A stretch of DNA of 64,000 bases, taken from assembly GCF_009914755.1 (NCBI RefSeq), contig NC_060933.1; one strand, given 5' to 3'. The translations under genes and the position numbers were made by a program. The stretch comes from the human T2T-CHM13v2.0 reference genome, Homo sapiens. Shown piece after piece: positions 42,501 to 56,700 of this stretch (position 1 is its first letter; each line of letters opens with the position of its first letter). The notes under the pieces are model-generated. The model worked only from the letters and a program-made list of their open reading frames with translations. It was not told where the DNA came from and did no database searches.

Positions 42501-44660
42501 TTCCATTCCATTCCATTCCGGATGATTCCATTCCATTGCATTCCGTTCCATTACATTCCCCTGCATTCGGGTTGATACCATTCCATTCCATTCCATTCCA
42601 TTCCATTCCATTCCATTCCATTCTATTCGGGTGAATTCCTTTCCATTCCATTCCATTCCATTCCATTCCATTCCATTCCATTCCATTCCATTGCAATCGA
42701 GTTGATTCCATTCCATTCCATTCCATTCCGTTCCGGATGATTCCATTCCATTCCATTCCATTCCATTCCATTCCCCTGCAGTCGGGTTGATTCCATTCCA
42801 TTCCATTCCATTCCATTCCGTTCCGTTCAATTCCATTCCATTCCATTCTATTCGGGTTAATTCCATTCCATTCCATTCCATTCCATTCCATTCCATTCGA
42901 TTCCAATCGATTTGAATCCATTCCATTCCATTCCATTCCATTCCACTCCATTCCAGTCCTTTCCATTCCATTACACTCGGGTTGATTCCATTCTATTCCT
43001 TTCCACTCCATTGCATTCCATTGCAATCGAGTTGACTCCATTGCTTTGCATTCCATTCCATTCCATTCCATTCCGGATGATTCCATTCCATTGCATTCCA
43101 TTCCATTCCATTCCCCTGCACTCGGGTTGATTCCATTCCATTCCACTCCTTTCCGTTCCATTCCATTCCATTCCATTTTATTCGGGTTAATTCCATTCCA
43201 TTCCATTTCATTCCATTCCATTCCATTACAATCGAGTTGATTCCCTTCCATTCCATTCCATTCCATTCCATTCCAGTCCTTTCCATTCCATTCCACTCGG
43301 TTTGATTCCATTCTATTAGTTTCCATTCCATTCCATTCCCTTCCATTCCACTCTGGTTGATTCCTTTCCTTTCCATTCCACTCGAATACATTCCCTCCTA
43401 TTCCACTCGGAACGATTCCATTCCATTCCATTACATTCCATTCCATTCCATTCCATTCCAGTTCGTTCCATTCCATTCTATTCCGTACCATTCCATTCCA
43501 TTCCATTCCTTTCCATTCCATTACTTTCCACTCGTGTTGATTCCATTCCTTTCCATTCCATTCGGTTTGAAGGCATTCCATTCCATTCAATTCCATTCCA
43601 TTCCATTCCATTCCATTCCATTCCATTCCATTCCATTCCATTCTATTCCATTCCATTGCAATCGAGTTGAATCCATTGCCTTTCATTCCATTCCATTCCA
43701 TTCCATTCCATTCCGGATGATTCCATTCCATTCCATTCCATTCCATTCCATTCCCCTGCACTCGCGTTGATTCCATTCCATTCCATTCCATTCCATTCCG
43801 TTCCGTTCCATTCCATTCCATTCCATTCCATTCCATTCCATTCCGTTCCGTTCCATTCCATTCCATTCCATTCTATTCGGGTTAATTCCATTCCATTCCA
43901 TTCGATTGCCATCGAGTTGATTCCATTCCATTCCATTCCATTCCATTCCTTTCCATTCCATTCCTTTCCATTCCATTACGGATGACTCCATTCCTTTGCA
44001 TTCCATTCCATTCCATTCCCCTGTACTCGGGTTGATTCCATTCCATTCCATTCCACTCCATTCGGTTCCGTTGCATTCCATTCTATTGCATTCCATTCTA
44101 TTCGGGTTAATTCCATTCCATTCTATTCCATTCCATTCCATTCCATTCCATTGCAATGGAGATGATTCCATTCCATTCCATTCCATTCCGGATGATTCCA
44201 TTCCATTGCATTCCATTCCTTTCCATTCCCCTGCACTCGTGTTCTTTCCATTCCGTTCCATTCCATTCCATTCCATTCTGTTCCGGTTAATTCCATTCCA
44301 TTCCATTCCATTCCATTCCATTCCATTCCATTGCAATCGAGTTGATTGCATTCCATTCCTTTCCATTCCATTCCATTGCCTTGCATTCCACTCGGGTTGA
44401 TTCCATTCCCTTCTTTCCACTCCATTACATTCCCTTCCATTCCACTCGGAATGATTGATTCCATTCCATTCCATTCCATTTCATTCCATTGCAATCCATT
44501 CCAATCCATTCCATTCCATTCCATTCCACTCGAGTTGACTTCATTCCATTCCTTTCCATTCCATTCCATTCCTTTCCACTCGAGTTGATTCCATTCCATT
44601 CCAATCCATTGCATTCCATTCCATGCCATTCCACTCGGGTTGATTCCATTCCTTTGCATT
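39510..44660 (-). repeat. ~1.3 kb unit in three copies (~39510-40830, ~40830-42130, ~43180-44490)
   Basis: GATTGCCATCGAG (~40239, ~41542, ~43904) and GGATGACTCC (~40320, ~41613, ~43980) occur in all three copies. ATTCTCTTCC and GAGTTTAATCC are shared by copies 1 and 2. Confidence 0.85.
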
Positions 44661-47600
44661 GCATTCCATTCCATTCCATTCCATTCCTCTCCATTCCATT
44701 GCACTCAGGTTGATTCCATTCCATTGCATTCCATTCCATTCCATTCAATCCATTCCGTTCCATTCCATTCCATTATATTCGGATTGATTCTATTCAACTC
44801 CCTTACTCTCCATTACATTCCATTCCATTCGGGTTGTTCCATTCCATTCCATTCCATTCCACTCCATTCCATTGCACTCGGGTTTATTCAATTCCACTCC
44901 ATTCCATTCCATTCCGGAAGATTCCATTCCATTGCATTCCATTCCATTCCATTCCCCTGCACTCGCGTTGATTCCATTCCATTCCATTCCATTCAATTCC
45001 ATTCCATTCCATTCCATTCCAATCCAGTTGATTCCATTCCATTCCCTTACATTTCATTCCATTCCACTCCATTCCAGTCCTTTCCATTCCATTCTACTCG
45101 GGTTGATTCCATTCTATTCCTTTCCATTCCATTCCATTCCATTGCAATCGAGTTGATTCGATTGCTTTGCATTCCATTCCATTCCATTCCATTCCGGATG
45201 ATTCCATTCCATTGCATTCCATTCCATTCCATTCCCCTGCACTCGGGTTGATTCCATTCCATTCCACTCCATTCCGTTCCATTCCATTCCATTCCATTGT
45301 ATTCGGGTTAATTCCATTCCATTCCATTCCATTCCATTCCATTCCATTCCATTACAATCGATTTGATTCCATTCCATTCCATTCCATTCCATTCCATTCC
45401 AGTCCTTTCCATTCCATTCTACTCGGGTTGATTTCATTCTGTTAGTTTCCATTCCATTCCATTCCCTTCCATTCCACTCTGGTTGATTCCATTCCTTTCC
45501 ATTCCACTCGAATACATTCTCTCATATTCCACTCGGAACGATTCCATTCCATTCCATTCCATTCCATTCCATTCCATTCCATTTCGTTCCATTCCATTCT
45601 ATTCCGTACCATTCCATTCCATTCCATTCCATTCCATTCCATTCCACTCGTGTTGATTCCATTCCTTTCCATTCCATTCGTTTTGAAGCCATTCCATTCC
45701 ATTCAATTCCACTCCATTCCATTCCATTCCATTCCATTCTATTCCATTCCATTGTACTCGGGTTGATTCCATTCCATTGCATTCCATCCCATTCCATTCC
45801 ATTCCATTCCGTTCCATTACATTCGCATTGATTCTATTCAACTCCCTTACACTCCATTCCATTCCATTCCATTCGGGTTGTTCCATTCCATTCCATTCCA
45901 TTCCACTCCATTCCATTGCACTCGGGTTGATTCGATTCCATTCCATTCCATTCCATTCCATTCCGGATGATTCCATTCCATTGCATTCCGTTCCATTACA
46001 TTCCCCTCCACTCGCATTGATTCCATTCCATTCCATTCCATTCCATACCATTCCATTCCATTCCATTCCATTCCATTCCATTCCATTGCAATCGAGTTGA
46101 ATCCATTGCATTCCATTCCATTCCATTCCATTACGGAAGATTCCATTCCATTGCATTCCATTCCATTCCATTCCCCTGCACTCGCGTTTATTCCATTCCA
46201 TTCCATTCCATTCCATTCCGTTCCGTTCCGTTCCATTCCATTCCATTCCATTCCATTCCACTCCATTCCATTCCATTCCGTTCCGTTCCATTCCATTCCA
46301 TTCCGTTCTATTCGGGTTAATTCCATTCCATTCCATTCGATTGCAATGAGAGTTGATTCCATTCCATTCCATTCCATTCCATTCCATTCCTTTCCATTCC
46401 ATTCCTTCCCATTCCATTACGGATGATTCCATTCCATTGCATTCCATTCCGTTCCATTCCCTTGTACTGGGGTTGATTCCATTCCATTCCATTCCAATTC
46501 ATGCCATTCCACTCGTGTTGATTCCATTCTTTCCATTCCATTCAAGTTGAATCAATTCCATTGCATTCCATTCCATTCGATTCCATTCGATTGCACTCGG
46601 GTTGATTCCATTCCATTGCATTCCATTCCATTCCATTCCATTCCATTCCATTCCGTTCCATTCCATTCCATTACATTCGGATTGATTCTTTTCAACTCCC
46701 TTACTCTCCATTACATTCCTTTCCATTCGGGTTGTTCGATTCCATTCCATTCCTTTCCACTCCATTCCATTGCACTCGGGTTGATTCCATTCCATTCCAT
46801 TCCATTCCATTCCATTCCATTCTATTCCATTCCATTCCCCTGCACTCGCGTTGATTCCATTCCATTTCATTCCATTCCATTCCATTCCATTCCATTCTTT
46901 TCCGTTCCATTCCATTCCATTCCATTCCATTCCGTTCCGTTCCATTCCATTTCATTCCATTCTATTCGGGTTAATTCCATTCCATTCCATTCGATTGCAA
47001 TCGAGTTGATTCCATTCCATTCCATTCCATTCCATTCCATTCCATTCCATTCCATTCCTTTCCATTCCATTACGGATGATTCCATTCCATTGCATTCCAT
47101 TCCATTCCATTCCCCTGTAGTCGGGTTGATTCCATTCCATTCCATTCCAATCCATGCCATTCCACTCGTGTTGATTCCATTCTTTCCATTCCATTCAGGT
47201 TGAATACATTCCATTGCATTCCATTCCATTCGATTCCATTCGATTGCACTCGGGTTGACTCCATTCCATTGCATTCCATTCCATTACGTTCCATTCCATT
47301 TCATTACATTCAGATTGATTCTATTCAATTCCCTTACACTCCATTATATTCCAATCCATTCTGGTTGTTTCCATTCCATTCCATTCCATTTCACTCCATT
47401 CCATTGCACTCGGGTTAATTCCATTGCATTCCATTCCATTCCATTCCGGATGATTCCATTCCATTGCATTCCATTCCATTCCATTCCCCTGCACTCGGGT
47501 TGATACCATTCCATTCCATTACATTACATTCCGTTCCATTCCATTCCATTCCATTCGGATTGATTCTATTCAATTCCCTTACAATCCATTACATTCCATT

Positions 47601-49559
47601 CCATTCGGGTAGTTTCCATTCCTTTCCATTCCATTTCTCTCTATTCCATTGTACTCGGGTTGATTCCATTCCATTCCATTCCATTCCATTCCATTCCATT
47701 CCATTACATTCCATTCCATTGTACTCGGGTTGATTCCATTCCATTGCATTCCATTACATTCCATTCCATTCCATTCCGTTCCATTCCATTACATTCCATT
47801 CGGATTGATTCTATTCAACTCCCTTACTCTCTATTACATTCCATTCCATTCGGGTTGTTCCATTCCATTCTATTCCATTCCACTCCATTCCATTGCACTC
47901 AGGTTGATTCCATTCCATTCCATACCATTCCATTCCATTCCGGATGATTCCATTCCATTGCATTCCGTTCCATTACATTCCCCTGTACTCGGGTTGATTC
48001 CATTCCATTCCATTCCATTCCATTCCATTCCATTCCATTCCATTCCAATTCTTTCCATTCCATTCTATTCCGTACCATTCCGTTCCATTCCATACAATTC
48101 CATTCCATTCCATTCCATTCCGCTGCGTTCCATTCCGTTCCGTTCCGTTCCATTCCATTCCATTCCATTCTATTCGGGTTAATTCCATTTCATTCCATTC
48201 CATTCCATTCTATTGCATTCCATTGCAATCGAGTTGAATCCATTGCATTCCATTCCATTCCATTCCATTCCATTCCGGAAGATTCCATTCCATTGCAATC
48301 TATTCCATTCCATTCCCCTGCACTCGCGTTGATTCCATTCCATTCCATTCCATTCCATTCCATTCCGTTCCGTTACGTTCCATTGCATTCCATTCCATTC
48401 CGTTCCGTTCTGTTCCGTTCCATCCCATTCCATTCTATTCGGTTTAATTCCATTCCATTCCATTCGATTGCAATCGAGTTGATTCCATTCCATTCCATTC
48501 CATTCCATTCTATTCCATTCCATTCCATTCCATTCCGGAAGATTCCATTCCATTGCATTCCATTCCATTCCATTCCCCTGCACTCGCGTTGATTCCATTC
48601 CATTCCATTCCATTCCATTCCATTCCATTCCATTCCGTTTCGTTCCGTTCCGTTCCATTCCATTCCATTCCATTCCATTCCATTCCATTCCATTCCGTTC
48701 CGTTCCATTGCATTCCATTCCATTCCATTCTATTCGGGTTAATTCCATTCCATTCCATTCGATTGCAATCCATTCCATTTCATTCCATTCCATTCCATTC
48801 CATTCCATTCCATTCCATTCCATTCCATTCCTTTCCATTACATTACGGATGATTCCATTCCATTTCCTTCCATTCCATTCCATTCCATTCCACTCCATTC
48901 CATTGCACTCGGGTTGATTCCATTCCATTCCATTCCATTCCATTCCATTCCATTCCGGATGATTCCATTCCATTGCATTCCATTCCATTCCATTCCCCTG
49001 TACTCGGGTTGATTCCATTCCATTCCATTCCAATCCATGCCATTCCACTCGTGTTGATTCCATTCTTTCCATTCCATTCAAGTTGAATCCATTGCATTGC
49101 ATTCCATTCCATTCGATTCCATTCGATTGCACTCGGGTTGATTCCATTCCATTGCATTCCATTCCATTCCATTCCATTCCATTCTATTCCGTTCCATTCC
49201 ATTCCATTACATTCGGATTGATTCTTTTCAACTCCCTTACTCTCCATTCCATTCCATTCCATTCGGGTTGTTCCATTCCATTCCATTCCATTCCACTCCA
49301 TTCCATTGCACTCGGGTTGATTCCATTCCATTCCATTCCATTCCATTCGATTCCATTCCATTCCCCTGCACTCGCGTTGATTCCATTCCATTCTATTCCA
49401 TTCCATTCCATTCCATTCCATTCCATTCCTTTCCCTTCCATTCCATTCCATTCCATTCAATTCCGTTCCTTTCCATTCCTTTCCATTCCATTCTATTCGG
49501 GTTAATTCCATTCTATTCCATTCGATTGCAATCGAGTTGATTCCATTCCATTCCATTCC

Positions 49560-52500
49560 ATTCCATTCCATTCCATTCCATTCCATTCCAATCGACTTGA
49601 TTCCATTCCATTCCATTCCACTCCATTCCACTCAATTCCAGTCCTTTCCATTCCATTCCATTCGGGTTGATTCCATTCTATTCCTTTCCATTCCATTCCA
49701 TTCCATTGCAATCGAGTTGGTTCCATTGATTTGCATTCCGTTCCATTCCATTCCATTCCATTATATTCGGGTTAATTCCATTGCATTCCATTCCATTCCA
49801 TTCCATTCCATTCCATTCCATTCCATTCCATTCCATTACAATGGAGTTGTTCCCATTCCATTCAATTCCATTCCATTCCATTCCATTCCATTCCAGTCCT
49901 TTCTATTCCATTCCACTCGGGTTGATTCCATTCTATTAGTTTCCATTCCATTCCATTCCCATCCATTCCACTCTGGTTGATTCCATTCCTTTCCATTCCA
50001 CTCGAATACATTCCCTCCTATTCCACTCGTAACGATTCCATTCCATTCCATTCCATTCCCTTCCATTCCATTCCATTCCATTCCATTTCGTTCCATTCCA
50101 TTCTATTCCGTACCATTCCATTCCAATCCATTCCATTCCATTCCATTCCATTCCATTCCATTTCGTTCCATTCCATTCTATTCCGTACCATTCCATTCCA
50201 TTCCATTCCATTCCACTCCACTCCATTCCATTCCATTCCATTCCATTCCATTCCACTCGTGTTGATTCCATTCCTTTCCATTCCATTCAGTTTGAAGGCA
50301 TTCCATTCCATTCCATTCCATTCCATTCCATTCCATTCCATTCCATTCCATTGTACTCGGGTTGATTCCATTCCATTGCATTCCATTCCATTCCATTCCA
50401 TTCCATTCCATTCCATTCCATTCCATTCCATTCCGGATGATTCCATTCCATTGCATTCCATTCCATTCCATTCCCCTGCACTCGGGTTGATTACATTCCA
50501 TTCCCTTCCCTTCCATTCCTTTCCATTCCTTTCCATTCCATTCTATTCGGGTGAATTCCATTCCATTCCATTCCATTCCATTCCATTCCATTCCATTCCA
50601 TTACAATCGAGTTGATTCCATTCCATTCCATTCCATTCCGTTCCGGATGATTCCATTCCATTGCATTCCATTCCATTCCATTCCCCTGCAGTCGGGTTGA
50701 TTCCTTTCCATTCCATTCCATTCCATTCCATTCTATTCCATTCCGTTCCATTCCATTCCATTCCATTCTATTCGGGTTAATTCCATTGCATTCCATTCCA
50801 TTCCATTCCAATCGAGTTACTTCCATTCCATTCCATTCCATTCCACTCCATTCCAGTCCTTTCCATTCCATTCCACTCGGGTTGATTCCATTCTATTCCT
50901 TTCCATTCCATTCCATTGCAATCGAGTTGATTCCATTGCATTGCATTCCATTCCATTCCATTCCATTCCGGATGATTCCATTCCATTGCATTCCATTCCA
51001 TTCCATTCCCCTGCACTCGGGTTGATTCCATTCCATTCCACTCCATTCCGTTCCATTCCATTCCATTCCATTGTATTCGGGTTAATTCCATTCCATTCCA
51101 TTCCTTTCCATTCCATTACAATCGAGTTGATTCCATTCCATTCCATTCCATTCCATTCCATTCCATTCCTTTCCATTCCATTCCACTCGGGTTGATTCCA
51201 TTCTATTAGTTTCCATTCCATTCCATTCCCTTCCATTCCACTCTGGTTGATTCCATTCCTTTCCATTCCACTCGTATGCATTCCGTCCTATTCCACTCGG
51301 AACAATTCCATTCCATTCCATTCCATTCCATTCCATTCCATTCCATTCCATTCCACTCGTGTTGATTCCATTCCTTTCCGTTCCATTCGGTTTGAAGCCA
51401 TTCCATTCCATTCAATTCCATTCTATTCCATTCCGTTCCATTCCATTTCATTCCATTGTACTCGGGTTGATTCCATTCCATTGCATTCCATTCCATTCCA
51501 TTCAATTCCATTCCGTTCCATTCCATTCCATTACATTCGGATTGATTCTATTCAACTCCCTTACTCTCAATTACATTCCATTCCATTCGGATTGATTCTA
51601 TTCAACTCCCTTACTCTCCATTACATTACATTCCATTCGGGTTGTTCCATTCCATTCCATTCCATTCCACTCCATTCCATTGCACTCGGGTTGATTCCAT
51701 TCCATTCCATTCCATTCCATTCCATTCCATTCCATTCCATTCCGGATGATTCCATTCCATTGCATTCCGTTCCATTACATTCCCCTGCACTCGGGTTGAT
51801 TCCATTGCATTCCATTCCATTCCATTCGATTCCATTCCATTCCAATTCTTTCCTTTCCATTCTATTCCGTACCATTCCATTCCATTCCATACAAATCCAT
51901 TCCATTCCATTCCATTCCTTTCCGTTCCGTTCCGTTCCGTTCCGTTCCATTCCATTCCATTCCATTCTATTCGGGTTAATTCCATTTCATTCCATTCCAT
52001 TCCATTCTATTGCATTCCATTGCAATCGAGTTGAATCCATTGCATTCCATTCCATTCCATTCCATTCCATTCCGGAAGATTCCATTCCATTGCAATCTAT
52101 TCCATTCCATTCCCCTGCACTCGCGTTTATTCCATTCCATTTCATTCCATTCCATTCCATTACATTCGGATAGATTCTATTCAATTCCCTTATTCTCCAT
52201 TACATTCCATTCCATTCGGGATGTTTCCATTCCATTCCATTCCATTCCACTCCATTCCATTGCATCAGGTTGATTGCATTCCATTCCATTCCATTCCCCT
52301 GCAGTCGGGTTGATTCCATTCCATTGTATTCCATTCCATTCCATTCCATTCCATTCTGTTCCATTCCATTCCATTCCATTCTATTCGTGTTAATTCCAAT
52401 CCATTCCATTCCATTCCATTCCAATCGACTTGATTCCATTCCATTCCATTCCATTCCATTCCACTCTATTCCAGTCCTTTCCATTCCATTCCACTCGGGT

Positions 52501-53370
52501 TGATTCCATTCTATTCCTTTCCATTCCATTCCATTCCATTGCAATCGAGTTGATTCCATTTCTTTGCATTCCGTTCCATTCCATTCCATTCCATTATATT
52601 CGGGTTAATTCCATTGCATTCCATTCCATTCCATTCCATTCCATTCCATTCCATTCCATTCCATTCCATTCCATTACAATGGAGTTGATTCCATTCCATT
52701 CCATTCCATTCCATTCCATTCCATTCCAGTCCTTTCCATTCCATTCCACTCGGGTTGATTCCATTCTACTAGTTTCCATTCCATTCCATTCCCCTCCATT
52801 CCACTCTGGTTGATTCCATTCCTTTCCATTCCACTCGAATACATTCCCTCCTATTCCACTCGGAACGATTCCATTCCATTCCATTCCATTCCATTCCATT
52901 CCATTCCATTCCATTCCATTCCGTTCCGTTCCATTCCATTCCATTCCATTCCATTTCGTTCCATTCCATTCTATTCCGTACCATTCCATTCCATTCCATT
53001 CCATTCCATTCCATTCCACTCCATTCCATTCCATTCCATTCCATTCCATTCCACTCGTGTTGATTCCATTCCTTTCCATTCCATTCAGTTTGAAAGCATT
53101 CCATTCCATTCCATTCCATTCCATTCTATTCCATTCTATTCCATTCCATTGTACTCGGGTTGATTCCATTCCATTGCATTCCATTCCATTCCATTCCATT
53201 CCATTCCATTCCATTCCATTCCATTCCATTCCATTCCGGATGATTCCATTCCATTGCATTCCATTCCATTCCATTCCCCTGCACTCGGTTTGATTACATT
53301 CCATTCCCTTCCCTTCCATTCCTTTCCATTCCATTCCATTCCATTCTATTCGGGTGAATTCCATTCCATT
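49560..53370 (-). repeat. Duplicated ~1 kb block at ~2.8 kb spacing (~49560-50560 and ~52410-53370)
   Basis: CAATCGACTTG (~49589, ~52422), ATTATATTCGGG (~49760, ~52593), TCAGTTTGAA (~50287, ~53085) and TTACATTCCATTCCCTTCCC (~50491, ~53294). Confidence 0.75.
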
Positions 53371-53779
53371 CCATTGCATTCCATTCCATTCCATTCCATT
53401 CCATTCCGTTCCATTCCATCCCATTACATTTGGATTGATTCTATTCAATTCCCTTACACTTCATTACATTCCATTCCATTCGTGTAGTTTCCATTCCATT
53501 CCATTCCATTCCTCTCCATTCCATTGCACTCGGGTTGATTCCATTCCATTCCATTCCATTCCATTCCATTCCATTCCATTGTACTCGGGTTGATTCCATT
53601 CCATTGCATGGCATTCCATTCCATTCCGTTCCATTCCATTCCATTACATTCGGGTTGATTCTATTCAACTCCCTTACTCTCCATTACATTCCATTCCATT
53701 CGTGTTGTTCCATTCCATTCCATTCCATTCCACTCCATTGCATTGCACTCGGGTTGATTCCATTCCATTCCATTCCATT

Positions 53780-56700
53780 CTATTCCATTCCGGATGATTC
53801 CATTCCATTGCATTCCGTTCCATTATATTCCCCTGCACTCGGGTTGATTCCATTCCATTCCATTCCATTCCATACCATTCCATTCGATTACATTCCATTC
53901 CAATTCTTCCATTCCATTCTATTCCGTACCATTCCATTCCATTCCATACAATTCCATTCCATTCCATTCCATTCCATTCCATTCCGTTCCGTTCCGTTCC
54001 GTTCCATTCCATTCCATTCCATTCCATTCTATTCCACTCCATTGCAATCGAGTTGAATCCATTGCATTCCATTCCATTCCATTCCATTCCATTTCGGAAG
54101 ATTGCATTCCATTGCATTCCATTCCATTCCATTCCCCTGCACTCGCGTTGAATCCATTCCATTCCATTCCATTCCATTCCATTCCATTCCATTCCATTCC
54201 TTTCCGTTCCATTCCATTCCATTCCATTCCATTCCTTTCCATTCCGTTCCGTTCCATTCCATTCCATTCCATTCTATTCGGGTTAATTCCATTCCATTCC
54301 ATTCGATTACAATTGAGTTGATTCCATTCCATTCCATTCGATTCCATTCCATTCCATTCCATTCCATTCCATTCCTTTCCATTCCATTACGGATGATTCC
54401 ATTCCATTGCATTCCATTCCATTCCATTCCCCTGTACTCGGGTTGATTCCATTCAATTCCATTCCAATCCATGCCACTCCACTCGTGTTGATTCCATTCT
54501 TTCCATTCCATTCAAGTTGAATCCTTTCCATTGCATTCCATTCCATTCGATTCCATTCGATTGCACTCGGGTTGATTCCATTCCATTGCATTCCATTCCA
54601 TTCCATTCCATTCCATTCCATTCCATTCCGTTCCATTCCATTTCATTACATTCAGATTGATTCTATTCAATTCCCTTACACTCCATTATATTCCAATCCA
54701 TTCTGGTTGTTTCCATTCCATTCCATTGCATTTCACTCCATTCCATTGCACTCGGGTTGATTCCATTCCATTCCATTCCATTCCATTCCTTTCCATTCCA
54801 TTACGGATGATTCCATTCCATTGCATTCCATTCCACTCCATTCCCCTGTACTGGGGTTGATTCCATTCCATTCCATTCCAATCCATGCCATTCCACTCGT
54901 GTTGATTCCATTCTTTCCATTGCATTGAAGTTGAATCCATTCCATTGCATTCCATTCCATTCGATTCCATTCGATTGCACTCGGGTTGATTCCATTCCAT
55001 TGCATTCCATTCCATTCCATTCCATTCCATTCCATTCCATTCCATTCCGTTCCATTCCATTTCATTACATTCAGATTGATTCTATTCAATTCCCTTACAC
55101 TCCATTATATTCCAATCCATTCTGGTTGTTTCCATTCCATTCCATTCCTTTTCACTCGTGTTGATTCCATTCCTTTCCATTCCATTCGGTTTGAAGCCAT
55201 TCCATTCCATTCAATTCCACTCCATTCCATTCCATTCCATTCCATTCCATTCCATTCCATTCCATTCCATTGTACTCGGGTTGATTCCATTCCATTGCAT
55301 TCCATTCCATTCCATTCCATTCCGTTCCATTCCATTCCATTACATTCGGATTGATTCTATTCAACTCCGTTACTCTCCATTCCATTCCATTCCATTCGGG
55401 TTGTTCCATTCCATTCCATTCCATTCCACTCCATTCCATTGCACTCGGGTTGATTCCATTCCATTCCATTCCATTCCATTCCATTCCATTCCATTCCGGA
55501 TGATTCCATTCCATTGCATTCCGTTCCATTACATTACCCTGCACTCGCGTTGATTCCATTCCATTGCATTCCACTCCATACCATTCCATTGCATTCCATT
55601 CCATTCCATTCCATTCCGGATGATTCCATTCCATTGCATTCCATTCCATTCCATTCCCCTGTACTCGGGTTGATTCCATTCCATTCCATTCCAATCCATG
55701 CCATTCCACTCGTGTTGATTCCATTCTTTCCATTCCATTCAATTTGAATCCATTCCATTACATTCCATTCCATTCGATTCCATTCGATTGCACTCGGGTT
55801 GATTCCATTCCATTGCATTCCAACCCATTCCATTCCATTCCATTCCATTCCATTCCGTTCCATTCCATTCCATTACATTCGGATTGATTCTTTTCAACTC
55901 CTTTACTCTCCATTACATTACATTCCATTCGGGTTGTTCCATTCTATTCCATTCCATTCCACTCCATTCCAATGCACTCAGGTTGATTCCATTCCATTCC
56001 ATTCCATTCCATTCCGGATGATTCCATTCCATTGCATTCAGTTCCATTACATTCCCCTGCATTCGGGTTGATTCCATTCCATTCCATTCCATTCCATTCG
56101 ATTCCATTCCATTCCCCTGCACTCTCGTTGATTCCATTCCATGCCATTCCATTCCATTCCATTTCATTCCTTTCCATTCCATTGCATTCCATTCCATTCC
56201 ATTCCATTCCGTTCCGTTCCTTTCCATTCCATTCTATTCGGGTTAATTCCATTCCATTCCATTCGATTGCAATCGAGTTGATTCCATTCCATTCCATTCC
56301 ATTCCATTCCATTCCATTCCATTCCATTCCTTTCCATTCCATTACGGATGTTTCCATTCCATTGCATTCCATTCCATTCCATTCCATTCCGGATGATTCC
56401 ATTCCATTGCATTCCGTTCCATTACATTCCCCTGCACTCGGGTTGATTCCATTCCATTCCATTCCATTCCATACCATTCCATTCGATTCCATTCCACTCC
56501 AATTCTTCCATTCCATTCTATTCCGTACCATTCCATTCCATTCCATACAATTCCATTCCATTCCATTCCATTCCGTTCCGTTCCGTTCCGTTCCGTTCCA
56601 TTCCATTCCATTCCATTCTATTCGGGTTAATTCCATTCCATTCCATTCCATTCCATTCTATTCCACTAAATTGCAATCGAGTTGAATCCATTGCATTCCA

